Of a DNA stretch of 20,000 nt, positions 1-8,476 are shown in pieces. Both the position numbers and the translations under genes were made by a program. The stretch's first letter is position 1; each line of letters starts with the position of its first letter. Source of the DNA: an uncultured virus (IMG/VR IMGVR_UViG_3300023180_000037) (taxonomy: Duplodnaviria; Heunggongvirae; Uroviricota; Caudoviricetes); the IMG/VR virus record IMGVR_UViG_3300023180_000037. One strand, written 5' to 3'. The notes under the pieces were generated by a model. That model was not told the origin of the DNA. It made no database searches and saw only the letters and a program-made list of their open reading frames with translations.

Positions 1-379
1 TGAAGAAATTAAATTCCAGAAATTTGTAACTCGACTTCGCTCAAGGTTCAGTAAGTTGTTTATTGGTATCCTCCGACAACAACTTGTGTTAAAAGGTATT
101 ATTACCGACAGCGATTGGATGGAGTTATTCCACAATCGTATTCGAGTAGATTTCTATAAAGACAACCACTATACAGAACTCAAGGATGCTGAAGTATTCC
201 GTGAGCGACTGGGTCTGATGGATCAAGCATCACAATATGTTGGTGAGTATCTATCTAAAGAGTGGGTAATGAAAAATGTTTTCCATTTTACCGATGAAGA
301 AATGGAAGACATGGAAAAACAAATAGGTTCTGAACCAGTACCAACTAATATAGGAGATGATGATGGAAACGAAACCTGA
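1..379 (+). CDS. gp20: Portal vertex protein, C-terminal part (5'-truncated by the window)
   Basis: Frame open from base 2: EEIKFQKFVTRLRSRFSKLFIGILRQQLVLKGII...DNHYTELKDAE...YVGEYLSKEWVMKNV, the typical T4-like gp20 C-terminus; lies upstream of gp21-gp23. Confidence 0.95.
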   Translation, partial: EEIKFQKFVTRLRSRFSKLFIGILRQQLVLKGIITDSDWMELFHNRIRVDFYKDNHYTELKDAEVFRERLGLMDQASQYVGEYLSKEWVMKNVFHFTDEEMEDMEKQIGSEPVPTNIGDDDGNET

Positions 380-836
380 AGTTGAAATGAGTGATGTTGC
401 TAATGAGACTCAAGAACCAGTAACAGTATCCGTAGAAGATTTGGTAAACTCTATTGAGAAGGGCGATGCCTTTACCTCTAGTCAAATTTTTAAGGACATT
501 GTACAATCTCGTATCGACGATGCTCTAGAGCAAGAACAGATTCGTATAGCGAATTCAGTTTATAACGGAGCAGAGGAAGAAGAACCTTCAGAAGAAGAAA
601 CTGAAGCAGAACTAGAATCTGAAGTAGAAGCGGAAGATGAGGGCGAACCAGAGGTTGCTGAGGTTGAAGAACCTGAGTCAACGGAAGAACCTTCTCCGGA
701 AGAACCAGTTGCTGAGATCCCTGCTGAGGAAGAGCATGAGGAACCAGAGGACCCACTTGGTATCTATGCTGACGAGATTGAAGATATTTTATCTGATGAG
801 GAGTCTGAGGACGAATCAGAGGAAGAAAAAGTATAA
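357..836 (+). CDS. Highly acidic prohead core protein (gp67-like) with long Glu/Pro-rich tail
   Basis: Position directly after gp20; helical N-terminal part and very Glu-rich C-terminal half. Call rests on synteny and composition. Confidence 0.6.
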   Translation: MMMETKPEVEMSDVANETQEPVTVSVEDLVNSIEKGDAFTSSQIFKDIVQSRIDDALEQEQIRIANSVYNGAEEEEPSEEETEAELESEVEAEDEGEPEVAEVEEPESTEEPSPEEPVAEIPAEEEHEEPEDPLGIYADEIEDILSDEESEDESEEEKV

Positions 837-839
837 ATA
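832..839 (+). promoter_or_regulatory. T4-type late (gp55-dependent) promoter TATAAATA
   Basis: Exact TATAAATA upstream of the 846 ORF and gp21-22-23. Confidence 0.85.
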
Positions 840-845
840 AATGTT

Positions 846-1046
846 ATGATTACGTTCTCCGAACTAAGGCAACGCAAAGCGAAGGGCGAAGTAGTCTGGT
901 CCAAGAAGTATCGCAGAATTAAAACTGAGATACAAAAGACCGCCAAAGGTTTCGTTGCCTACATAGACGGAGATATGTTAGATACGTTCCGTAGTCAAAG
1001 GGACGCACAAAAATCAATAGAAACTGCGATCAAGGAACTAACATGA
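846..1046 (+). CDS. Small basic head-module protein (gp68 position)
   Basis: 66 aa, MITFSELR start, basic; overlaps gp21 start (ATGA); position between gp67-like and gp21. Confidence 0.55.
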   Translation: MITFSELRQRKAKGEVVWSKKYRRIKTEIQKTAKGFVAYIDGDMLDTFRSQRDAQKSIETAIKELT

Positions 1047-1714
1047 AACTAATTGCTGAATATAATGACAACACACTACAGTGTCTTGTCGAAGAAAAGA
1101 AAGACGGCAAGAAGTCATATGTTATCGAAGGTGTGTTTGCTCAGGCAGAGCAGAAGAACCGTAATGGTAGGGTGTACCCTAGACCAATTATGGAGTCTGC
1201 CGTCGAGCAGTATGTCTCTGAGCAGGTCGCAAAAGATAGAGCAGTTGGCGAACTGAACCATCCTGATGGTCCAACCGTCAACCTCGACAAAGTTTCGCAT
1301 AAGATCACTGACCTTCACTTCGAAGGCAATGATGTTATCGGAAAGGCATCAATACTTGATACTCCAATGGGTAAGATTGTACAAGGTCTTCTCGAAGGTG
1401 GTGTTAATCTTGGTGTCTCAACTCGTGGAATGGGTAGTCTTGAGCAGCGCAATGGCGCGATGTATGTTAAGGACGATTTTGTTTTAAGCACGGTTGACAT
1501 CGTGCAAGATCCATCTGCTCCTGGAGCATTTGTTAATGGGATTATGGAAGGTGTTGAATGGGTCTGGAACAATGGCGTACTTACTGCTCAAGAGATATGT
1601 GAGGAACAAGAGACTGAAATCGAAGCTCATGTCGATGCGCTTCCGCCAATTAGTGGCGTGGATCAAATCGTTGAGTACAAAAATTTCCTCTCATCCTTAA
1701 AAAGATCTTTTTAA
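1043..1714 (+). CDS. gp21: Prohead core protease
   Basis: MKLIAE start, IEGVFAQAEQKNRNGRVYP, GELNHP, GVSTRGMGSL, DIVQDPSAPGAFVNGIMEGVEW motifs. Confidence 0.97.
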   Translation: MKLIAEYNDNTLQCLVEEKKDGKKSYVIEGVFAQAEQKNRNGRVYPRPIMESAVEQYVSEQVAKDRAVGELNHPDGPTVNLDKVSHKITDLHFEGNDVIGKASILDTPMGKIVQGLLEGGVNLGVSTRGMGSLEQRNGAMYVKDDFVLSTVDIVQDPSAPGAFVNGIMEGVEWVWNNGVLTAQEICEEQETEIEAHVDALPPISGVDQIVEYKNFLSSLKRSF

Positions 1715-1727
1715 TAAGGAGAACACA

Positions 1728-2756
1728 ATGGAAGATCAAAACATTGAACTCCGCGATGAGCAGGAAGTTGCGGAAGCAAAAGGGCATGACATGAAAAACG
1801 CTGAAGCACAGTCAATTGCCGCTACCGATAAGGCAGCGAACGCAACGACTAAAGCACCTGCTCGTACGGGTGACAAGAGCAACAGCGAACCAATGCCAAA
1901 GACCAAAGCAGGTATGATTAATGCTATGTACGGCAAGTTGAATGCCATGAAGAAGGTTGACCTTCAAGCGGCATACGGTAAGATGATGGGCGAAGAAGTC
2001 GAGTTGGAAGAGGAAGAAGTAGTTGCGGAAGCAGATACTCACTCTGAAGAACTCGCAGCATTAGTCGAGTCTGAAGCCACTCTCAGTGATGAGTTTAAGG
2101 CAAAAACTGCTGTGATCTTTGAAGCAGCATTGAAATCTAAGCTCTCTGAAGAAGTAGAGCGAATCGAAGCAACCTACGAAGAAAAACTCGCTGAAGAAAC
2201 TGCTGCGCAGAAAGGTGAGTTGGTCGAGAAGGTTGATTCCTACCTGAACTACGTGGTTGAGCAGTGGATGGAAGAGAACAAAGTTGCCATCCAAACTGGT
2301 CTGCGTGCTGAGATTGCTGAGAACTTCATGGAAGGGTTGAAGAACCTTTTCACTGAGTCTTACATCGACGTACCAGAATCCAAGATTGACCTCGTTGACG
2401 ATTTAGCAGATCAAGTTGAAGAACTCGAAGAAGCTCTCAACAAGACCACTGCTGATGCGATTTCTCTGAGCGAAGAAGTTGAAGGTCTGAAGCGTGCAGC
2501 AATTGTTGCCGAAGCAGCATCTGAACTCGCTGACACTCAGAAAGAGAAGTTCTACTCTCTGGTAGAAGGTGTTGACTTTGATGACGCCGAGCAGTTTGCG
2601 TCTAAAGTTGCTACTATCAAAGAGTCATTCTTTGCACAAGCGACAGTAGAAACTGAAGAAGAAATAACTGAAGAAACTGAAAGCGACGTTGACACTGAAG
2701 AAGTTTCTCCTTTTATGGAACAGTACCTGTCTGCCATGCGCAAAATTAACAAGTAA
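1728..2756 (+). CDS. gp22: Prohead core scaffold protein
   Basis: LSDEFKAKTAVIFEAA, VDSYLNYVVEQWMEEN, GLRAEIAENFMEGLKNLF motifs; acidic coiled coil; AAGGAG SD. Confidence 0.95.
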   Translation: MEDQNIELRDEQEVAEAKGHDMKNAEAQSIAATDKAANATTKAPARTGDKSNSEPMPKTKAGMINAMYGKLNAMKKVDLQAAYGKMMGEEVELEEEEVVAEADTHSEELAALVESEATLSDEFKAKTAVIFEAALKSKLSEEVERIEATYEEKLAEETAAQKGELVEKVDSYLNYVVEQWMEENKVAIQTGLRAEIAENFMEGLKNLFTESYIDVPESKIDLVDDLADQVEELEEALNKTTADAISLSEEVEGLKRAAIVAEAASELADTQKEKFYSLVEGVDFDDAEQFASKVATIKESFFAQATVETEEEITEETESDVDTEEVSPFMEQYLSAMRKINK

Positions 2757-2784
2757 TCCATTACCCCATAAGGAGAATTAAGAA

Positions 2785-4125
2785 ATGGATCTGAACTACG
2801 AATCTCTGGTGCAAAAGTGGGCACCAGTCCTGAACGAAGAGTCTAGCGGCGAGATCAAAGACGCTTACCGACGTAAGGTCACTGCTGCTATCCTCGAAAA
2901 CCAAGAGCAAGCATTTGCTCAAGAAGCAGGTGCTTCTTCTTTCTTGCAAGAAGCCGCTGCTGCTAACAATACTTCAAGCGCTGCCAACTGGAACCCAGTA
3001 TTGATCTCACTCGTACGTCGTTCTATGCCTAACCTGATGGCATACGACATCTGTGGTGTTCAACCAATGTCTGGTCCTACTGGCTTGATCTTCGCTATGA
3101 AGTCTCGCTACAAGTCTACTCAGTCTGGCGCCACTTCTGGTGACGAAGCACTGTTTAACGAAGCAGTTGTACCATATTCTGGTGACTCTTCTACGACTCA
3201 CACTGCTGGTCCTTCTGGTCTTGACGGATTGACTGACTCAAACGGCGACTCCTCTATCGACAACGACCGTACTGGTCCTTCTATCGGTGGCGGTATGCCA
3301 ACTGCTGACGCGGAAGCGTTGGGCACTGGCGGCGTTTCTGACTTCCAAGAGATGGGTTTCACCATCGAGAAAGCAACCGTAACTGCAAAGTCACGTGCGC
3401 TGAAGGCAGAGTACACCATCGAACTGGCACAAGACCTGAAAGCAATCCACGGTCTTGACGCTGAAGCGGAACTTGCTAACATTCTTTCAGTAGAAATTCT
3501 TGCTGAAATTAACCGCGAAGTTATCCGTACTATCAACAGCCAAGCGAAGACTGGTGCATTGACTGCTAACACTGCTACCAACGGTATCTTCGACCTGTCT
3601 ACGGACGCTGATGGTCGTTGGTCTGTTGAGAAGTTCAAGGGTCTGCTTGTCCAACTGGATCGCGAAGCAAACACTATCGCTAAAGAAACTCGTCGCGGTA
3701 AGGGTAACGTAGCAATCGTATCTTCTGATGTTGCTACTGCTCTCGCTGCTTCTGGTATGCTTGACTACGCTCCTGCTCTGAGCACTTCTCTGGAAGTTGA
3801 CGACACTGGTAACACTTTTGCTGGTGTACTGAACGGACGTATGCGCATCTACATCGACCCATATGCGGTTGCTGACTATGTAACTGTTGGTTACAAGGGC
3901 ACTAACCCATATGACGCAGGTGTATTCTACTGCCCATATGTACCACTGCAAATGGTTCGCGCTGTAGGCGAGAATGACTTCCAGCCACGTATCGGGTTCA
4001 AGACTCGTTATGGCATGGTATCTAACCCATTCGTTGGCGGTACGCCTTCTGATGGTCTTGCTGCTGCTAAGAGCAACCAGTACTACCGCATCTTCCGTGT
4101 AGACAACCTGATGGTTTCTGCCTAA
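2785..4125 (+). CDS. gp23: Major capsid protein
   Basis: KWAPVL, DICGVQPMSGPTGLIFAM, TVTAKSRALKAEYTIELAQDLKAIHGLDAEAEL, FYCPYVPLQM, FQPRIGFKTRYG motifs; AAGGAG SD. Confidence 0.99.
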   Translation: MDLNYESLVQKWAPVLNEESSGEIKDAYRRKVTAAILENQEQAFAQEAGASSFLQEAAAANNTSSAANWNPVLISLVRRSMPNLMAYDICGVQPMSGPTGLIFAMKSRYKSTQSGATSGDEALFNEAVVPYSGDSSTTHTAGPSGLDGLTDSNGDSSIDNDRTGPSIGGGMPTADAEALGTGGVSDFQEMGFTIEKATVTAKSRALKAEYTIELAQDLKAIHGLDAEAELANILSVEILAEINREVIRTINSQAKTGALTANTATNGIFDLSTDADGRWSVEKFKGLLVQLDREANTIAKETRRGKGNVAIVSSDVATALAASGMLDYAPALSTSLEVDDTGNTFAGVLNGRMRIYIDPYAVADYVTVGYKGTNPYDAGVFYCPYVPLQMVRAVGENDFQPRIGFKTRYGMVSNPFVGGTPSDGLAAAKSNQYYRIFRVDNLMVSA

Positions 4126-4170
4126 GATACGGTTCACCGAATAATAATAATAAAAATCGGTATTTGTATG

Positions 4171-4195
4171 GGGGGACTTCGGTCCCCCTTTTTTT
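4171..4195 (+). terminator. Rho-independent terminator after gp23
   Basis: GGGGGAC-TTCG-GTCCCCC stem with cUUCGg tetraloop followed by T7. Confidence 0.95.
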
Positions 4196-4256
4196 ATGAT
4201 TACTATATAATACTGCAATGCAAGTTGCAATATGTTTCGAAACTATTGGAGATGAT

Positions 4257-4664
4257 ATGAAAAATATTATTCTGTTCTTTTTGTGCCTGCCCATCTTGGC
4301 ACACGCTCATACTATCACCTACGACAACGGTGACGTTTATACGGTTGCTGACGACGAGTACGTTTTCGTTTCTAAGCGTTCTGAGTTGTGGAGACGTTCC
4401 GTCTACAATAACGGTAAAACGATGCGATATGAAAAAATCGTACCGACCGAAAAAGTAGATTACGTCCCACCAGACACTGGTGTAGACGGTGAAGCATTTG
4501 GTAGTCACGAGTGGTGTAAAGCATACACTCCTTGGAGTGAAGGTTATACTTTCACAATGCAGTACTGGCAACGTGGATGCGACACCAACAACGATAACAA
4601 ATATGGTTGTGGTGACGAGAAGTATGATGCTTCAGAGGATGGCACTGCTTGCCCTTCTGAATAA
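4257..4664 (+). CDS. Hypothetical exported protein with signal peptide
   Basis: GGAG SD at 4248-4251 favours ATG 4257 over 4218; MKNIILFFLCLPILAHA is a Sec signal peptide with AxA site; four Cys in the C-terminal part. Confidence 0.75.
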   Translation: MKNIILFFLCLPILAHAHTITYDNGDVYTVADDEYVFVSKRSELWRRSVYNNGKTMRYEKIVPTEKVDYVPPDTGVDGEAFGSHEWCKAYTPWSEGYTFTMQYWQRGCDTNNDNKYGCGDEKYDASEDGTACPSE

Positions 4665-4668
4665 AATG

Positions 4669-4690
4669 ATGCCCCGAAAGGGGCATTTTT
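4669..4690 (+). terminator. Rho-independent terminator
   Basis: ATGCCCC-GAAA-GGGGCAT stem with GNRA loop followed by a T run. Confidence 0.9.
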
Positions 4691-4695
4691 ATTGC

Positions 4696-4724
4696 TTGCT
4701 TTTTGGGACTAAATAGTATACAAT
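4696..4724 (+). promoter_or_regulatory. Sigma70-type promoter with embedded late-promoter-like motif
   Basis: TTGCTT (4696-4701), 17 nt, TACAAT (4719-4724); ACTAAATA at 4708-4715 in the spacer. Confidence 0.6.
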
Positions 4725-4749
4725 AGACCTATTCTATAGGAAAGTATAC

Positions 4750-5262
4750 ATGTCCGACAACCTTACATCTAATATCAACCTGTTCCAACCCACTGGGTTC
4801 AGGGTTGTCATTGATCGTCAGAACTTCTCTAATCTGACGTTCTTTGTCCAGTCTATCAATCATCCTGGTGCAGCAAACCCTGCTACCGAGACACCGTACC
4901 AACGCATACAAAGTGTTCCTATGCCAGGAAACCAGATGCAATATGGTGAACTGACTATGGATGTCTTACTCGATGAAGACTTTAACTCGTATCTAGAAGT
5001 TTACAACTGGATGCTTAGATTAGTCAACCTTGATCAAATTCAGAAAAGAGATTCTTTTGGTGGGGACACTAGTACCCAACCGACTTATGCAGATATCTCT
5101 ATTACTGCCTTGACAAGTTCTAATCAGAAAAATAAGACCATACGATATATTGATTGTATACCAGTGGCGGTTGGAGACATTCGGTTTGAGGCACAGAACC
5201 AAGGTGTAGAGTATGTTACCTTCCCAGCAAGTTTCAGGTTTAGTTATTTCGAAATAGTGTAA
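4750..5262 (+). CDS. gp3: Tail completion / sheath stabiliser protein (tail-tube fold)
   Basis: NLFQPTGFRVVI, FFVQSINHPG, PGNQMQYGELTMDVLLDEDF, YNWM, final FRFSYFEI; gp23-gp3-uvsY-uvsW order typical of aquatic T4-like phages. Confidence 0.8.
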   Translation: MSDNLTSNINLFQPTGFRVVIDRQNFSNLTFFVQSINHPGAANPATETPYQRIQSVPMPGNQMQYGELTMDVLLDEDFNSYLEVYNWMLRLVNLDQIQKRDSFGGDTSTQPTYADISITALTSSNQKNKTIRYIDCIPVAVGDIRFEAQNQGVEYVTFPASFRFSYFEIV

Positions 5263-5264
5263 AT

Positions 5265-5705
5265 ATGAATTTAGATGATGTACTTGCGCAGTGGTCGCAA
5301 GATTGTGAGATATCTCATAAGTTAGATGAATGTTCTAGAGAGACACCCAAACTTCACGCGAAGTATCTTGGGTATCTTACTCAAGCAAAACTCTTACTTA
5401 AGAAAGCAGAGTCGGATCAGCAAGTCTTGCTGAAGAACAAGTTTCTCTGGTACAACGGTAAGATGTCGCAAGAAGAGATCGTTGAACTTGGTTGGAAGCA
5501 CGATCCGTTCGACGGTCTAAAGGTAATGAAAGGTGATATGAATTATTACTATGACAGTGACGCTGAGATACAGAAGTCAGAACAAAAGATTGCTTACTAC
5601 AAAGCAATGGTTGATGCATTAAAGGAGATGGTAGAAGGTATCAAGTGGCGGCATCAACATATTCGTAATATCATAGAGGTGCGAAGGTTTGAGTCAGGGG
5701 GATAA
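5265..5705 (+). CDS. uvsY: Recombination mediator UvsY
   Basis: TPKLHAKYL, WYNGK, KGDMNYYYDSDAEI, IKWRHQHIRNIIE.RRFESG motifs. Confidence 0.92.
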   Translation: MNLDDVLAQWSQDCEISHKLDECSRETPKLHAKYLGYLTQAKLLLKKAESDQQVLLKNKFLWYNGKMSQEEIVELGWKHDPFDGLKVMKGDMNYYYDSDAEIQKSEQKIAYYKAMVDALKEMVEGIKWRHQHIRNIIEVRRFESGG

Positions 5706-6069
5706 AAAATCTCTGCTCGCTTATGGTACGACACCTTCTTTCCCTGCTATTGTTGATCATGGTAACCCACTGAAGGGAAACCAATATATAGAAGGCAGGA
5801 TAGAAAAACTACAAGAGGAGTACGATGCTCTTGTAGAACTAGTACAGGATACAACTCGCGTAGAAAACGCAGCGATAGGAGTAACACCTATCATCGGCAA
5901 GAAGTATTATCTGTACAACAACAAGGGGCAGGATGTTATGAGTATGATCGCCCCAGAAGAGTGGACTGAAAATACTCGTCCCGATTTTTTTATAGCATGT
6001 TTTAAACTAACAACAGATGGAGTGTGGAGACGTTATGGCGAAGACAATGAAAACCAATATCAAGATTAG
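5689..6069 (+). CDS. Hypothetical protein, DUF2452-like
   Basis: TTG start overlapping uvsY; PIIGKKYYLY...MSMIAPEEW...FKLTTDGVW resembles my recollection of DUF2452. Confidence 0.6.
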   Translation: MSQGDKKSLLAYGTTPSFPAIVDHGNPLKGNQYIEGRIEKLQEEYDALVELVQDTTRVENAAIGVTPIIGKKYYLYNNKGQDVMSMIAPEEWTENTRPDFFIACFKLTTDGVWRRYGEDNENQYQD

Positions 6070-6229
6070 AAAGAGGGCGAAGAAAAGTTCGCATGGTTCT
6101 TATCGCGATAAACGTAAACCAAACTCGCCTATCGTTTTAGCAAAAGCAAAAGCGAACGCAGCTGCTAACTTCGGTAAAGACCCTGCGTTCAGGGAGGAAA
6201 TTTATGGCATACAGCGAGAAGGTGCTTGA
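6035..6229 (+). CDS. Small very basic hypothetical protein
   Basis: GGAG SD at 6026 before ATG 6035; Lys/Arg-rich N-terminus; fills the gap and overlaps both neighbours. Confidence 0.6.
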   Translation: MAKTMKTNIKIRKRAKKSSHGSYRDKRKPNSPIVLAKAKANAAANFGKDPAFREEIYGIQREGA

Positions 6230-6632
6230 CCACTATGAAAATCCTAGGAACGTTGGTAAGTTCGCCGACAGCGAAGAAAATGTCGGAACAGGCATGGTCG
6301 GTGCTCCAGCGTGCGGAGACGTCATGCGGTTGCAAATCAAAGTATCGTCCGACGGAATTATTGAAGACGCTCGATTCAAAACTTTCGGATGTGGCAGTGC
6401 TATTGCTTCTTCATCGCTACTCACCGAGTGGGTTCGAGGAAAGTCCCTTGACGAAGCAGGAGAAATCAGTAATCGACAAATTGCTGAAGAACTATCACTC
6501 CCGCCTGTAAAGATACATTGTTCAGTACTAGCGGAAGATGCGATTAAGACAGCAATAAAAGATTACAAAGAAAAGCATGGCGACCCTGACGTTACAAATG
6601 CAGAACCACTCAATGATGGCAGTCCTGTGTGA
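6204..6632 (+). CDS. iscU: Fe-S cluster assembly scaffold IscU (auxiliary metabolic gene)
   Basis: MAYSEKVLDHYENPRNVG, GAPACGDVM, FGCGSAIASSS, LPPVKIHCS; all three Cys ligands and the HscA-binding LPPVK motif are present. Confidence 0.97.
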   Translation: MAYSEKVLDHYENPRNVGKFADSEENVGTGMVGAPACGDVMRLQIKVSSDGIIEDARFKTFGCGSAIASSSLLTEWVRGKSLDEAGEISNRQIAEELSLPPVKIHCSVLAEDAIKTAIKDYKEKHGDPDVTNAEPLNDGSPV

Positions 6633-8037
6633 TGCAGGTGTCCGTCACGAACTGAGTGAGTATTTCTCGTTCAATGTTCCTGGTGCTAAGTTTATGCCAG
6701 CGGTTCGACGCAGGCAATGGGATGGCAAGATCCGTTTGTTCAACTCATTGACCTGCGAACTCAACGTTGGATTGTATGCAAAACTTTGTAGGTTCGCAGC
6801 AGACCGTCACTATCACATACAGTTAAAAGATAGTCCGTATGGTCTTCCCAACGCAACTAACAAGGTCGATCACCAGAAGTTGGTTTCTTCGCAAGCAATT
6901 TGGAACATGCCTTTCGCTCCTCGAGATTATCAGTATGATGCTATAGTGCATGGTATAGAACGCAAACGCTGCCTCTTGCTTTCGCCTACAGGTTCTGGTA
7001 AGTCGTTTATAATCTACAACTTGATGCGCTGGTATCTTAATCAACACGAGAAGTCGGTACTGATAGTGGTTCCGACTACATCGTTGGTTGAGCAGATGTA
7101 CAAAGACTTTGAGGACTATGGATTCGATGTAGATGAAGTCCATAGGATTTATTCGGGTAAAGACAAAAAGACTGATAAGAGGATCATTGTAACAACTTGG
7201 CAGTCAGTTTACAGACTAGGCAAGGAATGGTTCGAACAGTTTGGGTGCGTGTTTGGTGACGAGTGCCACTTGTTCAAGGCAAAGTCACTAACCACCTTGA
7301 TGAACAAATGTATTGAAGCAGACTATAGGTTTGGCACCACAGGTACACTTGATGGTACGCAGGTAAACAAACTTGTGCTAGAAGGATTGTTTGGTCCGAC
7401 AAAGCGAGTGACGTTTACCCGAGACTTACAGGATAAGGGTACACTGGCGAAACTAAAAATAGATGTATTAGTTCTTGACTATCCAAAAGAATTCCGTAGA
7501 ATTAATGTAGGGCGAACTTATCAAGAGGAAGTTGATTTCCTAGTTGGACATGAACCTAGAAACAAACTGATACGCAATCTAGCACTGACGCAAAAGGGTA
7601 ATACTCTGGTGCTGTATCAGTTTGTAGAAAAGCATGGTGAAATATTGTATAAGATGATAAAAGAGCAGAACGACAAGGTCTTTTATGTACATGGCGGTAC
7701 TGATGTTACAGACAGAGAAGCGATTCGAGGAATCGTAGAGGGATCCGAAAATGCAATTATCGTGGCTAGTCTTGGCACCTTTTCTACTGGTATTAATATT
7801 CGTAATCTTCACAATATCATATTCGCTTCTCCTTCTAAGTCGCAAGTCAAAGTATTACAGTCAATCGGTAGGGGACTTAGAAAAGCAGACAACGGGCAAG
7901 ATACCAAACTCTACGACCTCTGTGATGACTTACAGTGGCAGTCGAAAAAGAATTTCACCTTAAACCACTCAGGTGAACGCATAAAGATATACAATAGAGA
8001 AAAGTTTGATTATGAACTTCATAAGGTACATATATGA
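6577..8037 (+). CDS. uvsW: SF2 DNA helicase UvsW
   Basis: WDGKIRLF, PRDYQ, SPTGSGKS (Walker A), DECH, GTTGT, QSIGRGLRK. Confidence 0.97.
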   Translation: MATLTLQMQNHSMMAVLCDAGVRHELSEYFSFNVPGAKFMPAVRRRQWDGKIRLFNSLTCELNVGLYAKLCRFAADRHYHIQLKDSPYGLPNATNKVDHQKLVSSQAIWNMPFAPRDYQYDAIVHGIERKRCLLLSPTGSGKSFIIYNLMRWYLNQHEKSVLIVVPTTSLVEQMYKDFEDYGFDVDEVHRIYSGKDKKTDKRIIVTTWQSVYRLGKEWFEQFGCVFGDECHLFKAKSLTTLMNKCIEADYRFGTTGTLDGTQVNKLVLEGLFGPTKRVTFTRDLQDKGTLAKLKIDVLVLDYPKEFRRINVGRTYQEEVDFLVGHEPRNKLIRNLALTQKGNTLVLYQFVEKHGEILYKMIKEQNDKVFYVHGGTDVTDREAIRGIVEGSENAIIVASLGTFSTGINIRNLHNIIFASPSKSQVKVLQSIGRGLRKADNGQDTKLYDLCDDLQWQSKKNFTLNHSGERIKIYNREKFDYELHKVHI

Positions 8038-8423
8038 AAATTAACAAAGCATCTTTGGGGCAGTTCTTCCTAGTCACTGGTGATTGGATCATAGCACAAA
8101 TACTAGAAAGCGATGAACACCATTACCTAATTGATCATGCTGTGTTTGTTGAAGAACTAATGGATGAGGACTATGAAGCATTAGACATAGTAGAAGGCAA
8201 ACAATACTATGTCATGAGACCTTTCTTAAAATATACTGACGACCTAGAATCGTCTTGTGCTTTGAATCCAATATCAATTGTTTCCTTATCTACACCGTCC
8301 GACTCCTTGATTGAACAATATATTTCCTCTTGTCAAACGATACAAGAAGCGTTCGGTAATGACGAGAGACCCGAGTCTGTGAACGGCAAAGGCAATGTCG
8401 TTACTTTTAAACCAAAGCATTGA
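8034..8423 (+). CDS. Hypothetical protein between uvsW and gp55
   Basis: 129-aa ORF coupled to uvsW (ATGA overlap); no function recognised. Confidence 0.7.
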   Translation: MKINKASLGQFFLVTGDWIIAQILESDEHHYLIDHAVFVEELMDEDYEALDIVEGKQYYVMRPFLKYTDDLESSCALNPISIVSLSTPSDSLIEQYISSCQTIQEAFGNDERPESVNGKGNVVTFKPKH

Positions 8424-8448
8424 CATTTGATTCAGATTAAGGTACAAT
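8420..8448 (+). promoter_or_regulatory. Sigma70-type promoter for gp55-gp47-gp46
   Basis: TTGACA (8420-8425), 17 nt, TACAAT (8443-8448). Confidence 0.85.
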
Positions 8449-8476
8449 ATAATCTAGTTGTAATTTTGGAGTTATT

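Noticed and set aside
3487..4230. 247-aa minus-strand ORF and other antisense ORFs over gp21-gp23
   Set aside because: Shadow frames caused by codon bias of the highly expressed + strand genes; no recognisable motifs, and this one crosses the terminator
4218..4256. Upstream ATG for the exported protein
   Set aside because: No SD there; the SD and signal peptide fit ATG 4257
4126..4750. Absence of gp24 after gp23
   Set aside because: Normal for aquatic T4-like phages; not novel
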